Positions 1-8,250 are shown, counted from the stretch's first letter. The stretch: DNA of 32,000 bases from Candidatus Electronema aureum (GCA_004284765.1 NQJD01000001.1:90001-122000), one strand, 5' to 3'. Notes: a model not told the origin generated them from the letters alone. Program-made: numbers and translations.

Positions 1-2
1 TT

Positions 3-203
3 ATCAATGATGCTAAGAATCGCGGTATGAACTGTGAAACAGCAAAAATTCACGCCTTTGCCTGCATCACCTCGTATTGCTCCATCTGTAAAGAGCATCC
101 CGGTATCATGGAGAGCTGCATAAAGATGGGTGCCGATTATTTTGCCGCCTCACCGGGTTTCTGCCAGTCTTCTGGACAATTAGCAGTCACACCGATGTTC
201 TAA
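3..203 (+). CDS. 3' end of an unidentified Cys-rich protein, truncated at the 5' end by the window edge
   Basis: Frame 3 is open from the window edge to TAA at 201-203 (..CETAKIHAFACITSYCSICKEHPGIMESCIK..). It is absent from the ORF track because there is no start codon in the window. No family recognised. Confidence 0.3.
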   Translation: MNDAKNRGMNCETAKIHAFACITSYCSICKEHPGIMESCIKMGADYFAASPGFCQSSGQLAVTPMF

Positions 204-309
204 GATAGGCGTAAACTGAAGGGCGGTCTTATCCTTGGTTCCGACAGACCGCCCGGAATATATCTCCGCCCGTTTTTTTGCGGTACGGAGCAAAGACAAG
301 GAGCCGTAT

Positions 310-459
310 ATGGAGATGCTCCACGAATGCTGTTCTGACTGGCTCTTCATTGGTACAGCATTGTTCGGCGTGTTTCTGATCGTAGCTATTGGTTTACTGG
401 CGGCAGGAAAAAAGGAAGATGACACCAAGAAAAAGCAGAAGTTGACTCAAGACTTTTAA
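310..459 (+). CDS. small single-pass membrane protein (49 aa), hypothetical
   Basis: An internal ATG at 310 of the 235..459 ORF is preceded by AAGGAG (297-302). The product MEMLHECCSDWLFIGTALFGVFLIVAIGLLAAGKKEDD.. has one hydrophobic helix followed by a Lys-rich tail. Confidence 0.45.
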   Translation: MEMLHECCSDWLFIGTALFGVFLIVAIGLLAAGKKEDDTKKKQKLTQDF

Positions 460-481
460 GAGAGCGATACCGTCTTCAAGA

Positions 482-539
482 GTGTCTTTGCCTCGACTCC
501 TCCTCCACGCAATGGTGCGTGGAACAGAGGCAAAGGCAC
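482..539. repeat. structured repeat unit 1: 13-bp outer stem around a conserved 32-34 nt core
   Basis: GTGTCTTTGCCTC (482-494) pairs with GAGGCAAAGGCAC (527-539) with one mismatch. The core GACTCCTCCTCCACGCAATGGTGCGTGGAACA contains an inner hairpin TCCACGCA-ATGG-TGCGTGGA. Confidence 0.6.
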
Positions 540-571
540 TTGTTTCAACCCATTTACGAAAACACGCCTCT

Positions 572-641
572 CAGCGTCTCTGTTCCGACTCCTCCTCCAC
601 GCAATGGTGCGTGGAACAGGGGCAGAGACGCTGTCTTTTTT
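572..641 (+). terminator. structured repeat unit 2, with the same core and a different outer stem, followed by a T-run; likely a terminator between convergent genes
   Basis: CAGCGTCTCTG (572-582) pairs perfectly with CAGAGACGCTG (623-633) and is followed by TCTTTTTT (634-641). The core is identical to unit 1. Confidence 0.55.
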
Positions 642-649
642 AGATGAAA

Positions 650-2272
650 TCAGCTGTAAAACGCCGCCCGCAGCAACTGCTGGGTGTAGTCGTGCTTGGG
701 TTGGGTGAAAATCCGATCTGCCGGGCCTTGCTCGACGATTCTCCCTTGGCGCATGACTGCCAATTCATCCGCTAAAGACCGCAGCACTCGTAGGTCGTGG
801 GTGATGAAGACATACGTCAGGCCGTGCCTCCGCTGTAAACTCCGCAATAACGTAATAATCTGTGCTTGAATAGTCACGTCCAAGGCCGAGGTGGGTTCAT
901 CAAGGATCAGCAGCTCTGGCTTGAGGATTAAGGCGCGAGCAATGGCGATGCGCTGTCGCTGACCACCTGAGAACTCATGCGGAAAGCGGCCTGCCATCTC
1001 CGGGGTTAGCTCCACTTCTAAGAGTGCCTGCTCAACCAGCACCTGCCGTTCCTTTCGACTAAGACTTGGCTCATGCACTTGCAAGCCTTCACCGATGATC
1101 TGCTCTACCGTGAGGCGTGGCGAGAGCGAAGAAAAGGGGTCTTGAAAGACGATCTGCATGTGGCGGCGCAGAGGTCGCAACTGGCGGCTACTGAGCTGAG
1201 AAAGCAGTATTTCTCGGTCATCGCGACTATAGCGAATCGTCCCTTGAAAGGTAGTCAAGCCGAGCAAGCAAAGGGCAAGTGTACTCTTGCCAGAACCAGA
1301 CTCACCGATGATACCCAGCGTAGTGCCTTGGTGGATAGTGAGGTTGATATCATCCACCGCTTTCAGCAGTGTACTGTTCCGCTTAAGCACCCCCTGCCAC
1401 GACTTCTTCACCGTAAAGACACAGTTCAACCTCTCTATGCTGATCAGTGCCTTACCACCTACCGCTGGTGTCTTGCTGTCCTGTGGCACTGACTCCAGCA
1501 GCTTATGGGTGTAGTCCTGCGTGGGGGCACTGAAAATCTCCTCTGCTGGGCCTTGCTCAACAATCCTTCCCCTGTGCATGATCGACACCGTATCTGCTGC
1601 CTTCCGCACCAAAGGTAGGTCGTGAGTGATGAGCAGCACGGCCATCTTGAATTCCTGCTGCACATCCTGAATCAACTCCAATATCTGCGCCTGGAGAGTT
1701 ACATCCAAGGCAGTCGTCGGCTCGTCGGCAATTAACAGATGAGGACGACAGGCTAAGGCCATCGCAATCATCACCCGCTGGCGTTGGCCACCGGAAAGCT
1801 GGTGCGGATACGCGTTGATTCTGCTCTCCGGCTCCTGAATACCGGTGCGTGCCAACAGACTGATAGCCTCCTGCCTTGCTTCTTCCTTAGACATCTGCCG
1901 ATGAAGCACCAGCGGCTCTACCAGCTGACTACCGATAGTCAGCACTGGATTGAGCGAGGTCATCGGCTCCTGAAAGATCATGGCTATCTCATTGCCGCGT
2001 ACCGCTCTGATGTCCTTCTTGCCCAAGCGCAGTAGGTTGCGTCCCTTGAACAGAATGCTTCCACCGGTGCGAACTGTACTTACGTCTTCCAGTAAGCGAA
2101 GGATGGATAAAGCGGCCACAGACTTACCAGAGCCGGATTCGCCGACCAAGGCATGGGTCTTGCCCGGCTCGATGCTCAGGCTGATGCCATGCAGCACCTC
2201 AGTGTCGCCGCCCGCTTCCTTATCTGCACAGAAGGAGAGCGTAAGATTGTCGATTGCAAGCAGTGTATTCAT
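650..2272 (-). CDS. ABC transporter ATP-binding protein with two fused ATPase domains, Dpp/Opp (YejF/GsiA-like) type
   Basis: Two Walker A motifs (GESGSGKS twice), two LSGGQRQR signatures, two Walker B motifs ([24 protein letters not shown]) and Opp-type C-terminal motifs ([18 protein letters not shown]). I trimmed the start to the ATG at 2272 ([14 protein letters not shown]). The 37-codon upstream extension in the ORF track would run over the divergent promoter. Confidence 0.9.
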   Translation of the reverse strand: MNTLLAIDNLTLSFCADKEAGGDTEVLHGISLSIEPGKTHALVGESGSGKSVAALSILRLLEDVSTVRTGGSILFKGRNLLRLGKKDIRAVRGNEIAMIFQEPMTSLNPVLTIGSQLVEPLVLHRQMSKEEARQEAISLLARTGIQEPESRINAYPHQLSGGQRQRVMIAMALACRPHLLIADEPTTALDVTLQAQILELIQDVQQEFKMAVLLITHDLPLVRKAADTVSIMHRGRIVEQGPAEEIFSAPTQDYTHKLLESVPQDSKTPAVGGKALISIERLNCVFTVKKSWQGVLKRNSTLLKAVDDINLTIHQGTTLGIIGESGSGKSTLALCLLGLTTFQGTIRYSRDDREILLSQLSSRQLRPLRRHMQIVFQDPFSSLSPRLTVEQIIGEGLQVHEPSLSRKERQVLVEQALLEVELTPEMAGRFPHEFSGGQRQRIAIARALILKPELLILDEPTSALDVTIQAQIITLLRSLQRRHGLTYVFITHDLRVLRSLADELAVMRQGRIVEQGPADRIFTQPKHDYTQQLLRAAFYS

Positions 2273-2391
2273 GCGAAGAAATGTACTGCAAGGGAGGAAC
2301 GAGAGCAAGACAGAAGGAGGCCGGAGCATTGTTTTGCCGCAGACTTCTCTAAACCCAGTAGGATCACGGCGCATCATGACCATCCCACGTC

Positions 2392-2420
2392 TTGACAGCA
2401 GGCAGCCGCAGGTCTATACT
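2392..2420 (+). promoter_or_regulatory. sigma70-type promoter, TTGACA-17 nt-TATACT
   Basis: TTGACA at 2392-2397 and TATACT at 2415-2420 are separated by a 17-nt spacer, and the pair sits directly upstream of the riboswitch aptamer. Confidence 0.55.
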
Positions 2421-2428
2421 GGCCGCAT

Positions 2429-2557
2429 TATCGCCGAGTCCTGCTGCGGCAGGAGCGGGGGACCCACTCTTACGGGGCGAAGCGCAGCAGCTTGCGCAGG
2501 GCTATTCTCTTCGGCCCCAGCCCGTCAGCTAACCTCGCAGGCGTTGAAGGGGCGAAC
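2429..2557 (+). promoter_or_regulatory. c-di-AMP riboswitch (ydaO-yuaA class) aptamer
   Basis: Conserved blocks recalled from the ydaO motif are present: GAGCGGGGGACCCA (2453-2466), ACGGGGCGAAG (2472-2482) and CCCGTCAGCTAACCTCGCAGGCGTT (2521-2545). A closing helix forms between TCGCC (2431-2435) and GGCGA (2551-2555). The downstream gene is a KimA (YdaO) homologue, which is the canonical regulated gene. Confidence 0.8.
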
Positions 2558-2565
2558 CTCTCTTT

Positions 2566-2606
2566 GACCACGGGGGCTTATCTCCTTTTCCCTATGACCC
2601 GTGGTC
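2566..2606 (+). promoter_or_regulatory. putative expression-platform hairpin with an anti-SD sequence in its loop
   Basis: GACCACGGG (2566-2574) pairs with CCCGTGGTC (2598-2606). The loop contains CTCCTTTT (2582-2589), which is complementary to AAAAGGAG (2611-2618) of the kimA SD. No U-tract follows the hairpin. Confidence 0.4.
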
Positions 2607-2625
2607 GCGTAAAAGGAGGTTTGCC

Positions 2626-4632
2626 ATGACGCAAGCCAAGCTGTCCAGCGCTGATGCAGTACCCGTAGAACGCAGCTTCTTCCATCGTCTCTGGCGCACT
2701 CTAATCGGTGCGCCACGTGGCTTGGCTGACAAGTCACTCTTTCATCACCTGTCGCTGATCCCCTTCCTTGCTTGGGTGGGCTTAGGCGCAGACGGCCTGT
2801 CGTCCTCGTCCTACGGCCCGGAGGAAGCCTTCCGCGCTCTTGGCGAGCACTCCTATCTGGCTGTGCCGCTGGCTTTGCTGATGATCGCCACAGTGCTCAT
2901 CATCTCGCTGGCCTACAGCCGGATCATCGAGGCCTTTCCCAGCGGCGGCGGCGGATATCTGGTGGCCACGAAGCTGCTTGGGCCACGGGTCGGCGTGGTC
3001 TCTGGCTCGGCCTTGGTGGTGGACTACATCCTGACCATCACCATCTCAATAGCTGCGGCTGGCGATGCCCTGTTCAGCTTTGTGCCGCTCCATCTCCATC
3101 ACTGGAAGCTGACTGTTGATGCCATGCTCCTGCTCGGTCTGGCCACGCTCAACCTGCGCGGCGTGCGCGAGTCCGTGGTGGCCTTGACCCCGGTCTTCAT
3201 CGTCTTTGTCATCACCCACCTGCTGCTGATCGGCTACGGCATCTTCAGTCATGCCAGCGAAATGCAGGCAACGGCGGCCAAAGTCACCGACGGCTTCTCG
3301 CAGGGGCTTTCCAATGTCGGCGTGTTCGGCCTGCTGCTCCTGCTTCTGCGAGCCTTCTCACTCGGCGGCGGCACCTACACTGGTATTGAAGCGGTCTCCA
3401 ACGGCCTGCCGATCATGCGGGAACCCCGTGTGCCGACCGCGAAACGCACCATGCTCTATATGGCCTCGTCGCTAGCCTTCACCGCAGCGGGCCTGCTGCT
3501 CTGCTATCTCCTCTGGAGCATCAGCCATGTGCCAGGCAAGACCATGAACGCTGTGCTGGCCGAGCGTGTCGCTGCGCAGCTTCCCTTCAGCAGCACCTTT
3601 GTCTTCCTGACGCTCTTCTCTGAAGGCGCACTGCTGATTGTGGCCGCCCAAGCGGGCTTCATTGACGGGCCGCGCGTGCTGGCCAACATGGCCGTGGACT
3701 CCTGGATGCCGCACCGCTTCTCCGCGCTCTCTGACCGTCTAACCACGCAGAACGGCATCCTCCTCATGTGCGGGGCGGCACTGAGTGCGCTCATCTACAC
3801 CAAGGGCAATGTCAGCGCGATTGTGGTCATGTACAGCATCAACGTCTTCCTCACCTTCTCGCTTTCCATGCTCGGCATGTTGCAGCACTGGATCAGCCGC
3901 CGCGCAGAGCAGCATTGGCGGCGGCAGGCAGCCTTGTTCGCGGTCGGCCTGCTGCTCTGCGTCTCCATCCTGACCGTCACAGTCTTGGAGAAGTTCACCG
4001 AAGGCGGCTGGATGACGGTGGTGGTGACAGGGATGCTGGTAGGGCTGGCCTTTATCGTGCGGAAGCATTATGGCATGGTCTATGACAAGATCTCCGAGCT
4101 GTATCAGGAAGACATGGTGGAGCTTGCCCATGTCCCGGCAGGCGAGGAAGCAGCAGTCGGCCCGCTTGATCCCAGCCAGCCGACCGCCATTCTCTTGGTC
4201 AGCTCGTACAGCGGCTTGGGCATCCACACCATGCTCAACATCTTCCGCATGTTCCCTGGCTACTATAAGAACCTGCTCTTTGTCACGGTCGGCGTGGTGG
4301 ATTCAGGGGTGTTCAAGGGAGAAGAGACCGTGGATGCCCTGCAAGAGGAGACAGAGAAGATGCTGGCCCGCTATCTGCGCTTGGCCAAACGTCTGCGCAT
4401 CCCTTGTGAATGCGACTACGAGCTGGGCACCGATGCGGTGGACGAGGCGGAGAAGCTCTGCCGCAGGCTCCATCGCGAGTTCCCCAAGGCCACCTTCTTT
4501 GCCGGCAAGATCGTCTTCCAGCGCGAACGCTGGTACCAGCGCCTGCTGCACAATGAGACCGCCTTTGCCATTCAGCGGCGGCTGCAATGGAGTGGCCAGA
4601 CGATGATGATCATTCCGGCAAGGATGGCGTAG
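2626..4632 (+). CDS. kimA: KimA-family K+/H+ symporter (APC superfamily) with a C-terminal cytoplasmic domain
   Basis: The protein aligns by eye with B. subtilis KimA/YdaO along its whole length: WRTLIGAPR, LGADGLSSSSYGPEEA, FPSGGGGYLVATKLLG, VVDYILTITISIAAAG, LNLRGVRESV, LLLLRAFSLGGGTYTGIEAVSNGLP and the C-terminal RERWYQRLLHNETAF. An AAGGAGG SD sits 6 nt upstream of the ATG. Confidence 0.9.
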   Translation: MTQAKLSSADAVPVERSFFHRLWRTLIGAPRGLADKSLFHHLSLIPFLAWVGLGADGLSSSSYGPEEAFRALGEHSYLAVPLALLMIATVLIISLAYSRIIEAFPSGGGGYLVATKLLGPRVGVVSGSALVVDYILTITISIAAAGDALFSFVPLHLHHWKLTVDAMLLLGLATLNLRGVRESVVALTPVFIVFVITHLLLIGYGIFSHASEMQATAAKVTDGFSQGLSNVGVFGLLLLLLRAFSLGGGTYTGIEAVSNGLPIMREPRVPTAKRTMLYMASSLAFTAAGLLLCYLLWSISHVPGKTMNAVLAERVAAQLPFSSTFVFLTLFSEGALLIVAAQAGFIDGPRVLANMAVDSWMPHRFSALSDRLTTQNGILLMCGAALSALIYTKGNVSAIVVMYSINVFLTFSLSMLGMLQHWISRRAEQHWRRQAALFAVGLLLCVSILTVTVLEKFTEGGWMTVVVTGMLVGLAFIVRKHYGMVYDKISELYQEDMVELAHVPAGEEAAVGPLDPSQPTAILLVSSYSGLGIHTMLNIFRMFPGYYKNLLFVTVGVVDSGVFKGEETVDALQEETEKMLARYLRLAKRLRIPCECDYELGTDAVDEAEKLCRRLHREFPKATFFAGKIVFQRERWYQRLLHNETAFAIQRRLQWSGQTMMIIPARMA

Positions 4633-4644
4633 TTCCGTCAGTAA

Positions 4645-4670
4645 TAGGGGCGAAAGATTTTTCGCCCCTA
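4645..4670 (+). terminator. REP-like hairpin, probable kimA terminator
   Basis: TAGGGGCGAAA-GAT-TTTTCGCCCCTA forms a perfect stem of 10-11 bp starting 13 nt after the kimA stop. It shares its arms with the repeat at 30299-30355. Confidence 0.5.
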
Positions 4671-4828
4671 CATCGCACACATGCTTGGTGCAGCCGCTGT
4701 GTGTAGGTTCTTCCGCTCCTGCGCTGGCTTTTGTTGAATGCCGCCTCCCTCCAGCGGAAATTCCTTGTTATTCACACCTGCCGGATGGTATTTTCAGTCC
4801 ATGCAATCATCTGAAGAAGGAGGGAAGC

Positions 4829-6940
4829 ATGGCCTTGGAAGTTCTGAGCTTCGTCAAAGCGGCGTGGATAGTGCCGCTCTGGAAGCGGCTTCGCCGAATA
4901 AGAGAAGAGGAAAAGCAGGAGCTGGAACGTCTGCGGGACGAGTTCGTTGATCCTGAAACCCTGCGCGGCCTCTACATTGAGCCGTTTCTGCAAGACCGCA
5001 ACCCGGCTGATGTGCAGCAGGACGATCTGCTGTCTGCGGCCCGGCAGCCTGCCTTTGAGCGGATCAACGAGTTCTTTCAGGGCGGTCTGCCTTTGGAGAA
5101 AGATGGCCGCCACCAGATGTTCATCCTCTCTGATGCCGGGATGGGCAAGACCTCGCTGCTCCTCATGATCAAGCTCATGCACCTGACCAGCTTCTGGCCT
5201 CAAGGGCATGGCTGCGCCCTGTTCAAGCTGGGCGCGGACACCTTGGAGCGGGTGCAGGCTCTGCCGAACAAGGGTGGGACCGTCCTCCTGCTTGATGCCT
5301 TGGATGAAGACCCGCTGGCGTGGAAGCGCATCCGCGACCGCCTGCTGGAGCTGCTGCGGGCCAGCGAGGATTTCCGCCGGGTGCTCATCTCCAGCCGCAC
5401 CCAGTTCTTCCCGGAGATGGAGCCAGACCGCTTTGGCCGCCCGGAGATCAGAGTGCTGTCCGGCTATCACTGCCCGGTGCTGTATCTTTCCCCCTTCACC
5501 GATGCCCAAGCGCAGGACTTCATTGAGCGCAAGCTGCCGCTGCGCTGGCATCATCATCTGCGGCTCCGGGCTGGCACGATCAGGAAGGAGCGGGCCAAGG
5601 CTGACTGTCTGCTCAAGCACATGCAGGATTTGCGGATGCGGCCCATGCTCCTCCAGCATATTGACAAGCTGCTGGCCAAGGACTGCCGCCAAGACTGGAA
5701 CGCCTACACGGTGTACGAGGCCCTGCTGGAGGAATGGCTTGACCGTGAGGTGCGCAAGCTGCGGGAGCAGCACAAGGAGCGGCGCGTCCCTGAGCGCAAG
5801 GAACTCTTTCTGGCCTGCCTGCGGATTGCCGAGCGGATGCAGCGGCAGGGAACGCGGGTCATCTCGGAGGACGAGCTGAAGCAGCTCATCAGTGCGGACG
5901 CGAACATAGCCTGGCTGGAGCAGTTCGAGCTGGGCGGTCGTTCCCTGCTCAATCGCAACTCTGACCGCGCCTTCCGCTTCAGCCATTACACGGTGCAGGA
6001 GTTCCTCTTGGCGTGGGGCATAGTGCATAAGCAGTTGACTGAACAGGAACCGCTGTGGGCCACGGATCAGCTTGTGCGCTTTGTTGATCTTGCTGACGGG
6101 ATATTCAGGCACGTTGATCAGATTGCCTTACCCTGTCCTTTGCCGGAGTCTTTTGGCGGTGGACTCGGAATAAAGATGATACTTATACGCGGCGGTAGTT
6201 TCCGCATGGGAGATATTCAGGGCAATGACAGTGAAGATGAACGGCCTGTACATGAGGTGGAGCTGGACGAGGACGACTTGGACGACTTTTTCTCTTTTGA
6301 AGAAGATGAAGATAAACTGCCAGTGCATGAGGTGGTGCTGGACAGCTTTGCCCTTGGCCGCTATCCAGTCACCTTTGCTGAGTATGATGCCTTCTGTGAG
6401 GCCACAGGTAAAGAAAAACCGAAAGATGAGGGCTGGGGTCGGGCGCAGCGGCCAGTGATCCGTGTGTGCTGGCATGATGCTGTCGCCTATTGTGCGTGGC
6501 TGCGCCAAGAAACTGGTCAGCCCTATCGTCTGCCCACCGAGGCGGAGTGGGAGTATGCCTGCCGGGCAGGCAGCGAGGCGGCTTGGTGTTTCGGAGATGA
6601 TGAGGCTCAACTTGAAGACTATGCTTGGTACAAGAAGAACTCCGGCGATACAACCCATCCAGTTGGCGAGAAAAAGGCCAATGTCTGGGGCCTGCATGAT
6701 ATGCACGGCAATGTCCGGGAGTGGTGTGCGGACTGGTATGATGCTGGTTATTATGCCGTCAGCCCTAAGGACAATCCGCTAGGCCCTGAGAGTGGCTTGT
6801 ACCGCGTGCTTCGCGGCGGTAGCTGGGACAGCACGCCCAAAAGCGTGCGGGCGGCGAATCGCGACGTGAGCGCACCAGGCTTCCGCGACTACGACTTGGG
6901 GTTCCGGCTTGCCCTTTCCTTGCCGCCAGCTCAACGCTGA
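4829..6940 (+). CDS. NACHT (STAND P-loop NTPase) protein with a C-terminal FGE-sulfatase (SUMF1/FGS) domain
   Basis: The ATG at 4829 follows GAAGGAGGGA. NACHT motifs: Walker A LSDAGMGKTSLLL, Walker B VLLLDALDED, and VLISSRTQFF. FGE-domain motifs: RGGSFRMG, LGRYPVTFAEYDAF, RPVIRVCWHDAVAYCAWL, YRLPTEAEWEYACRAG, NVWGLHDMHGNVREWCADWY and RVLRGGSW. Confidence 0.85.
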   Translation: MALEVLSFVKAAWIVPLWKRLRRIREEEKQELERLRDEFVDPETLRGLYIEPFLQDRNPADVQQDDLLSAARQPAFERINEFFQGGLPLEKDGRHQMFILSDAGMGKTSLLLMIKLMHLTSFWPQGHGCALFKLGADTLERVQALPNKGGTVLLLDALDEDPLAWKRIRDRLLELLRASEDFRRVLISSRTQFFPEMEPDRFGRPEIRVLSGYHCPVLYLSPFTDAQAQDFIERKLPLRWHHHLRLRAGTIRKERAKADCLLKHMQDLRMRPMLLQHIDKLLAKDCRQDWNAYTVYEALLEEWLDREVRKLREQHKERRVPERKELFLACLRIAERMQRQGTRVISEDELKQLISADANIAWLEQFELGGRSLLNRNSDRAFRFSHYTVQEFLLAWGIVHKQLTEQEPLWATDQLVRFVDLADGIFRHVDQIALPCPLPESFGGGLGIKMILIRGGSFRMGDIQGNDSEDERPVHEVELDEDDLDDFFSFEEDEDKLPVHEVVLDSFALGRYPVTFAEYDAFCEATGKEKPKDEGWGRAQRPVIRVCWHDAVAYCAWLRQETGQPYRLPTEAEWEYACRAGSEAAWCFGDDEAQLEDYAWYKKNSGDTTHPVGEKKANVWGLHDMHGNVREWCADWYDAGYYAVSPKDNPLGPESGLYRVLRGGSWDSTPKSVRAANRDVSAPGFRDYDLGFRLALSLPPAQR

Positions 6941-6953
6941 AGCGGCCTGCAAG

Positions 6954-7038
6954 CACACCAGTGATGTCCCATCCTCCTCACCAGTGTGCAGCCGCTCTCC
7001 ACACCAGTGATGTCCGCGCCTCGACACTGGTGTGCAGC
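6954..7038. repeat. tandem ~46-bp repeat (two units); the second unit forms a 10-bp hairpin
   Basis: CACACCAGTGATGTCC occurs at 6954-6969 and 7000-7015. The two units end in CACCAGTGTGCAGC (6979-6992) and CACTGGTGTGCAGC (7025-7038). CACACCAGTG (7000-7009) pairs with CACTGGTGTG (7025-7034). Confidence 0.6.
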
Positions 7039-7164
7039 ATCCCACAAAAGGCAGGCCGGAATGACATCTTCTTGCGTTCAGCTCGAACCAGGCGGAAACT
7101 ATTTGCAAAGACTAACACGGCAGTTGCCTGATCTCAATCTCTTCAACCAAGGAACAACAAATCA

Positions 7165-7827
7165 ATGGAACTCATTGCAGAAGTGATTAATTTTGTCCTC
7201 CACGTTGACACCTATCTCGAAAGCATCATCTTGGAGTACGGTGCGTGGACGCTGGCTATCCTTTTTGTCATCGTCTTTCTGGAAACAGGCTTCGTGGTCA
7301 CGCCTTTTCTGCCCGGCGACTCGCTTATTTTCGCTGCGGCTACCTTTGCTGCACGCCCCAGCAGCACTCTTGACCCCTGGTTACTCTTCTTTCTGCTCTC
7401 CATCGCCGCTGTACTCGGTGATACAGTCAATTATTGGATTGGCTATCGCATCGGAGCTAAAGCCTACACCGGTGAAGTTAAGTGGATTAAGAAACAATAC
7501 ATGGAGCGCACCCATGTTTTCTTTGAAAAGCATGGTGGGAGGACAATTTTCCTTGCTCGCTTCGTGCCGATCATCCGTACATTCGCTCCTTTTGTTGCTG
7601 GAGTCAGTCGGATGCCATACGGTTTCTTTATCCGCTGGAACATCATCGGTGGCATTACTTGGGTGGCGGTATTCACGCTCTTGGGTGTATTCTTCGGCAA
7701 TATCCCTTTTGTCCAGAAACACTTTGAATTAGTGATCATCGTCATCATTGTTCTCTCGGTTATCCCGGTAATTATCGAGGCAGTGAAGGCACACCGAGAG
7801 TTCCGCCAAGAGAAAAGCAAAGACTGA
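7165..7827 (+). CDS. dedA: DedA-family inner membrane protein
   Basis: Carries the DedA signatures VTPFLPGDSLIFAAATF and FLARFVPIIRTFAPFVAGV and has a multi-TM profile. Confidence 0.85.
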   Translation: MELIAEVINFVLHVDTYLESIILEYGAWTLAILFVIVFLETGFVVTPFLPGDSLIFAAATFAARPSSTLDPWLLFFLLSIAAVLGDTVNYWIGYRIGAKAYTGEVKWIKKQYMERTHVFFEKHGGRTIFLARFVPIIRTFAPFVAGVSRMPYGFFIRWNIIGGITWVAVFTLLGVFFGNIPFVQKHFELVIIVIIVLSVIPVIIEAVKAHREFRQEKSKD

Positions 7828-7854
7828 GTTGCGGGAGGAATAGCGGCGGTAGGG

Positions 7855-8250
7855 TCATGACGCGCCGTGACCCTGCTCCACCGTGCAGAACTCTTCCTGT
7901 CCCCAGTCGCTGCGAGTAACCGGCCCCAAGCCATGCGCGGCACGCGCTCGATTGCAGTCTTCATTCACTACGCCGTCAAGCAGAGAAGGCTGAAAGGCAC
8001 GGCAGACCGAAGAGCGTTGTTCGTAAATGCCACAGGCTACGCTCTTACCTATCTCGCCGGTTAAGGCGATGCAGCGCGGCTGTAGTCCTCTGGTACCTTT
8101 CATCTGCACCCGGAAGTCGTTGATTTTCTCGGTGAGATGATCAGGTACGCCGCCGGGACTGCCCGCTTCGGTCTCTGCCCAGTAAAAGGAGGCCCGGAAG
8201 AAGGCGCAGCAGGCTCCGCAGGTCAGACAAGGATTGCTGATTGTTTTCAT
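7855..8250 (-). CDS. YkgJ-family cysteine-cluster (Zn/Fe-chelating) protein
   Basis: CLTCGACCAFF (the CxxCGxCC motif) lies near the N-terminus and further Cys residues follow downstream. Start trimmed to the ATG at 8250 (MKTISNPC..). Confidence 0.65.
   Translation of the reverse strand: MKTISNPCLTCGACCAFFRASFYWAETEAGSPGGVPDHLTEKINDFRVQMKGTRGLQPRCIALTGEIGKSVACGIYEQRSSVCRAFQPSLLDGVVNEDCNRARAAHGLGPVTRSDWGQEEFCTVEQGHGAS

Noticed and set aside
221-290. A hairpin (GGGCGGTCT / AGACCGCCC, 221-254) and a T7 run (273-279) as a terminator for the truncated upstream gene
   Set aside because: The stem and the T-run are about 20 nt apart, so this does not form a canonical intrinsic terminator. It is possibly a processed or regulatory structure, but support is too weak for a feature call.
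2273-2383. N-terminal extensions given in the ORF track for several genes: 650-2383, 4685-, 7855-8295, 8305-, 13477-13884, 17587-18444, 21943-22620, 23005-23832, 23676-25130, 25586-26266 and 27622-30342
   Set aside because: In each case an internal ATG with a better SD coincides with the start of the conserved domain or signal peptide. The extensions would also overlap neighbouring genes or promoters.
2566-2606. The hairpin after the riboswitch as a classical intrinsic terminator
   Set aside because: No U-tract follows the stem (the next bases are GCGTAAAAGGAGG). I therefore interpret it as a possible translational platform and report it only at low confidence.
4772-6112. A 446-aa ORF on the minus strand, antisense to the NACHT gene
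   Set aside because: This is a shadow ORF typical of GC-rich coding DNA. Its sequence is low-complexity and Leu/Arg/Gln/Pro-rich with no motifs, and it lies entirely inside a gene with clear domain signatures on the other strand.
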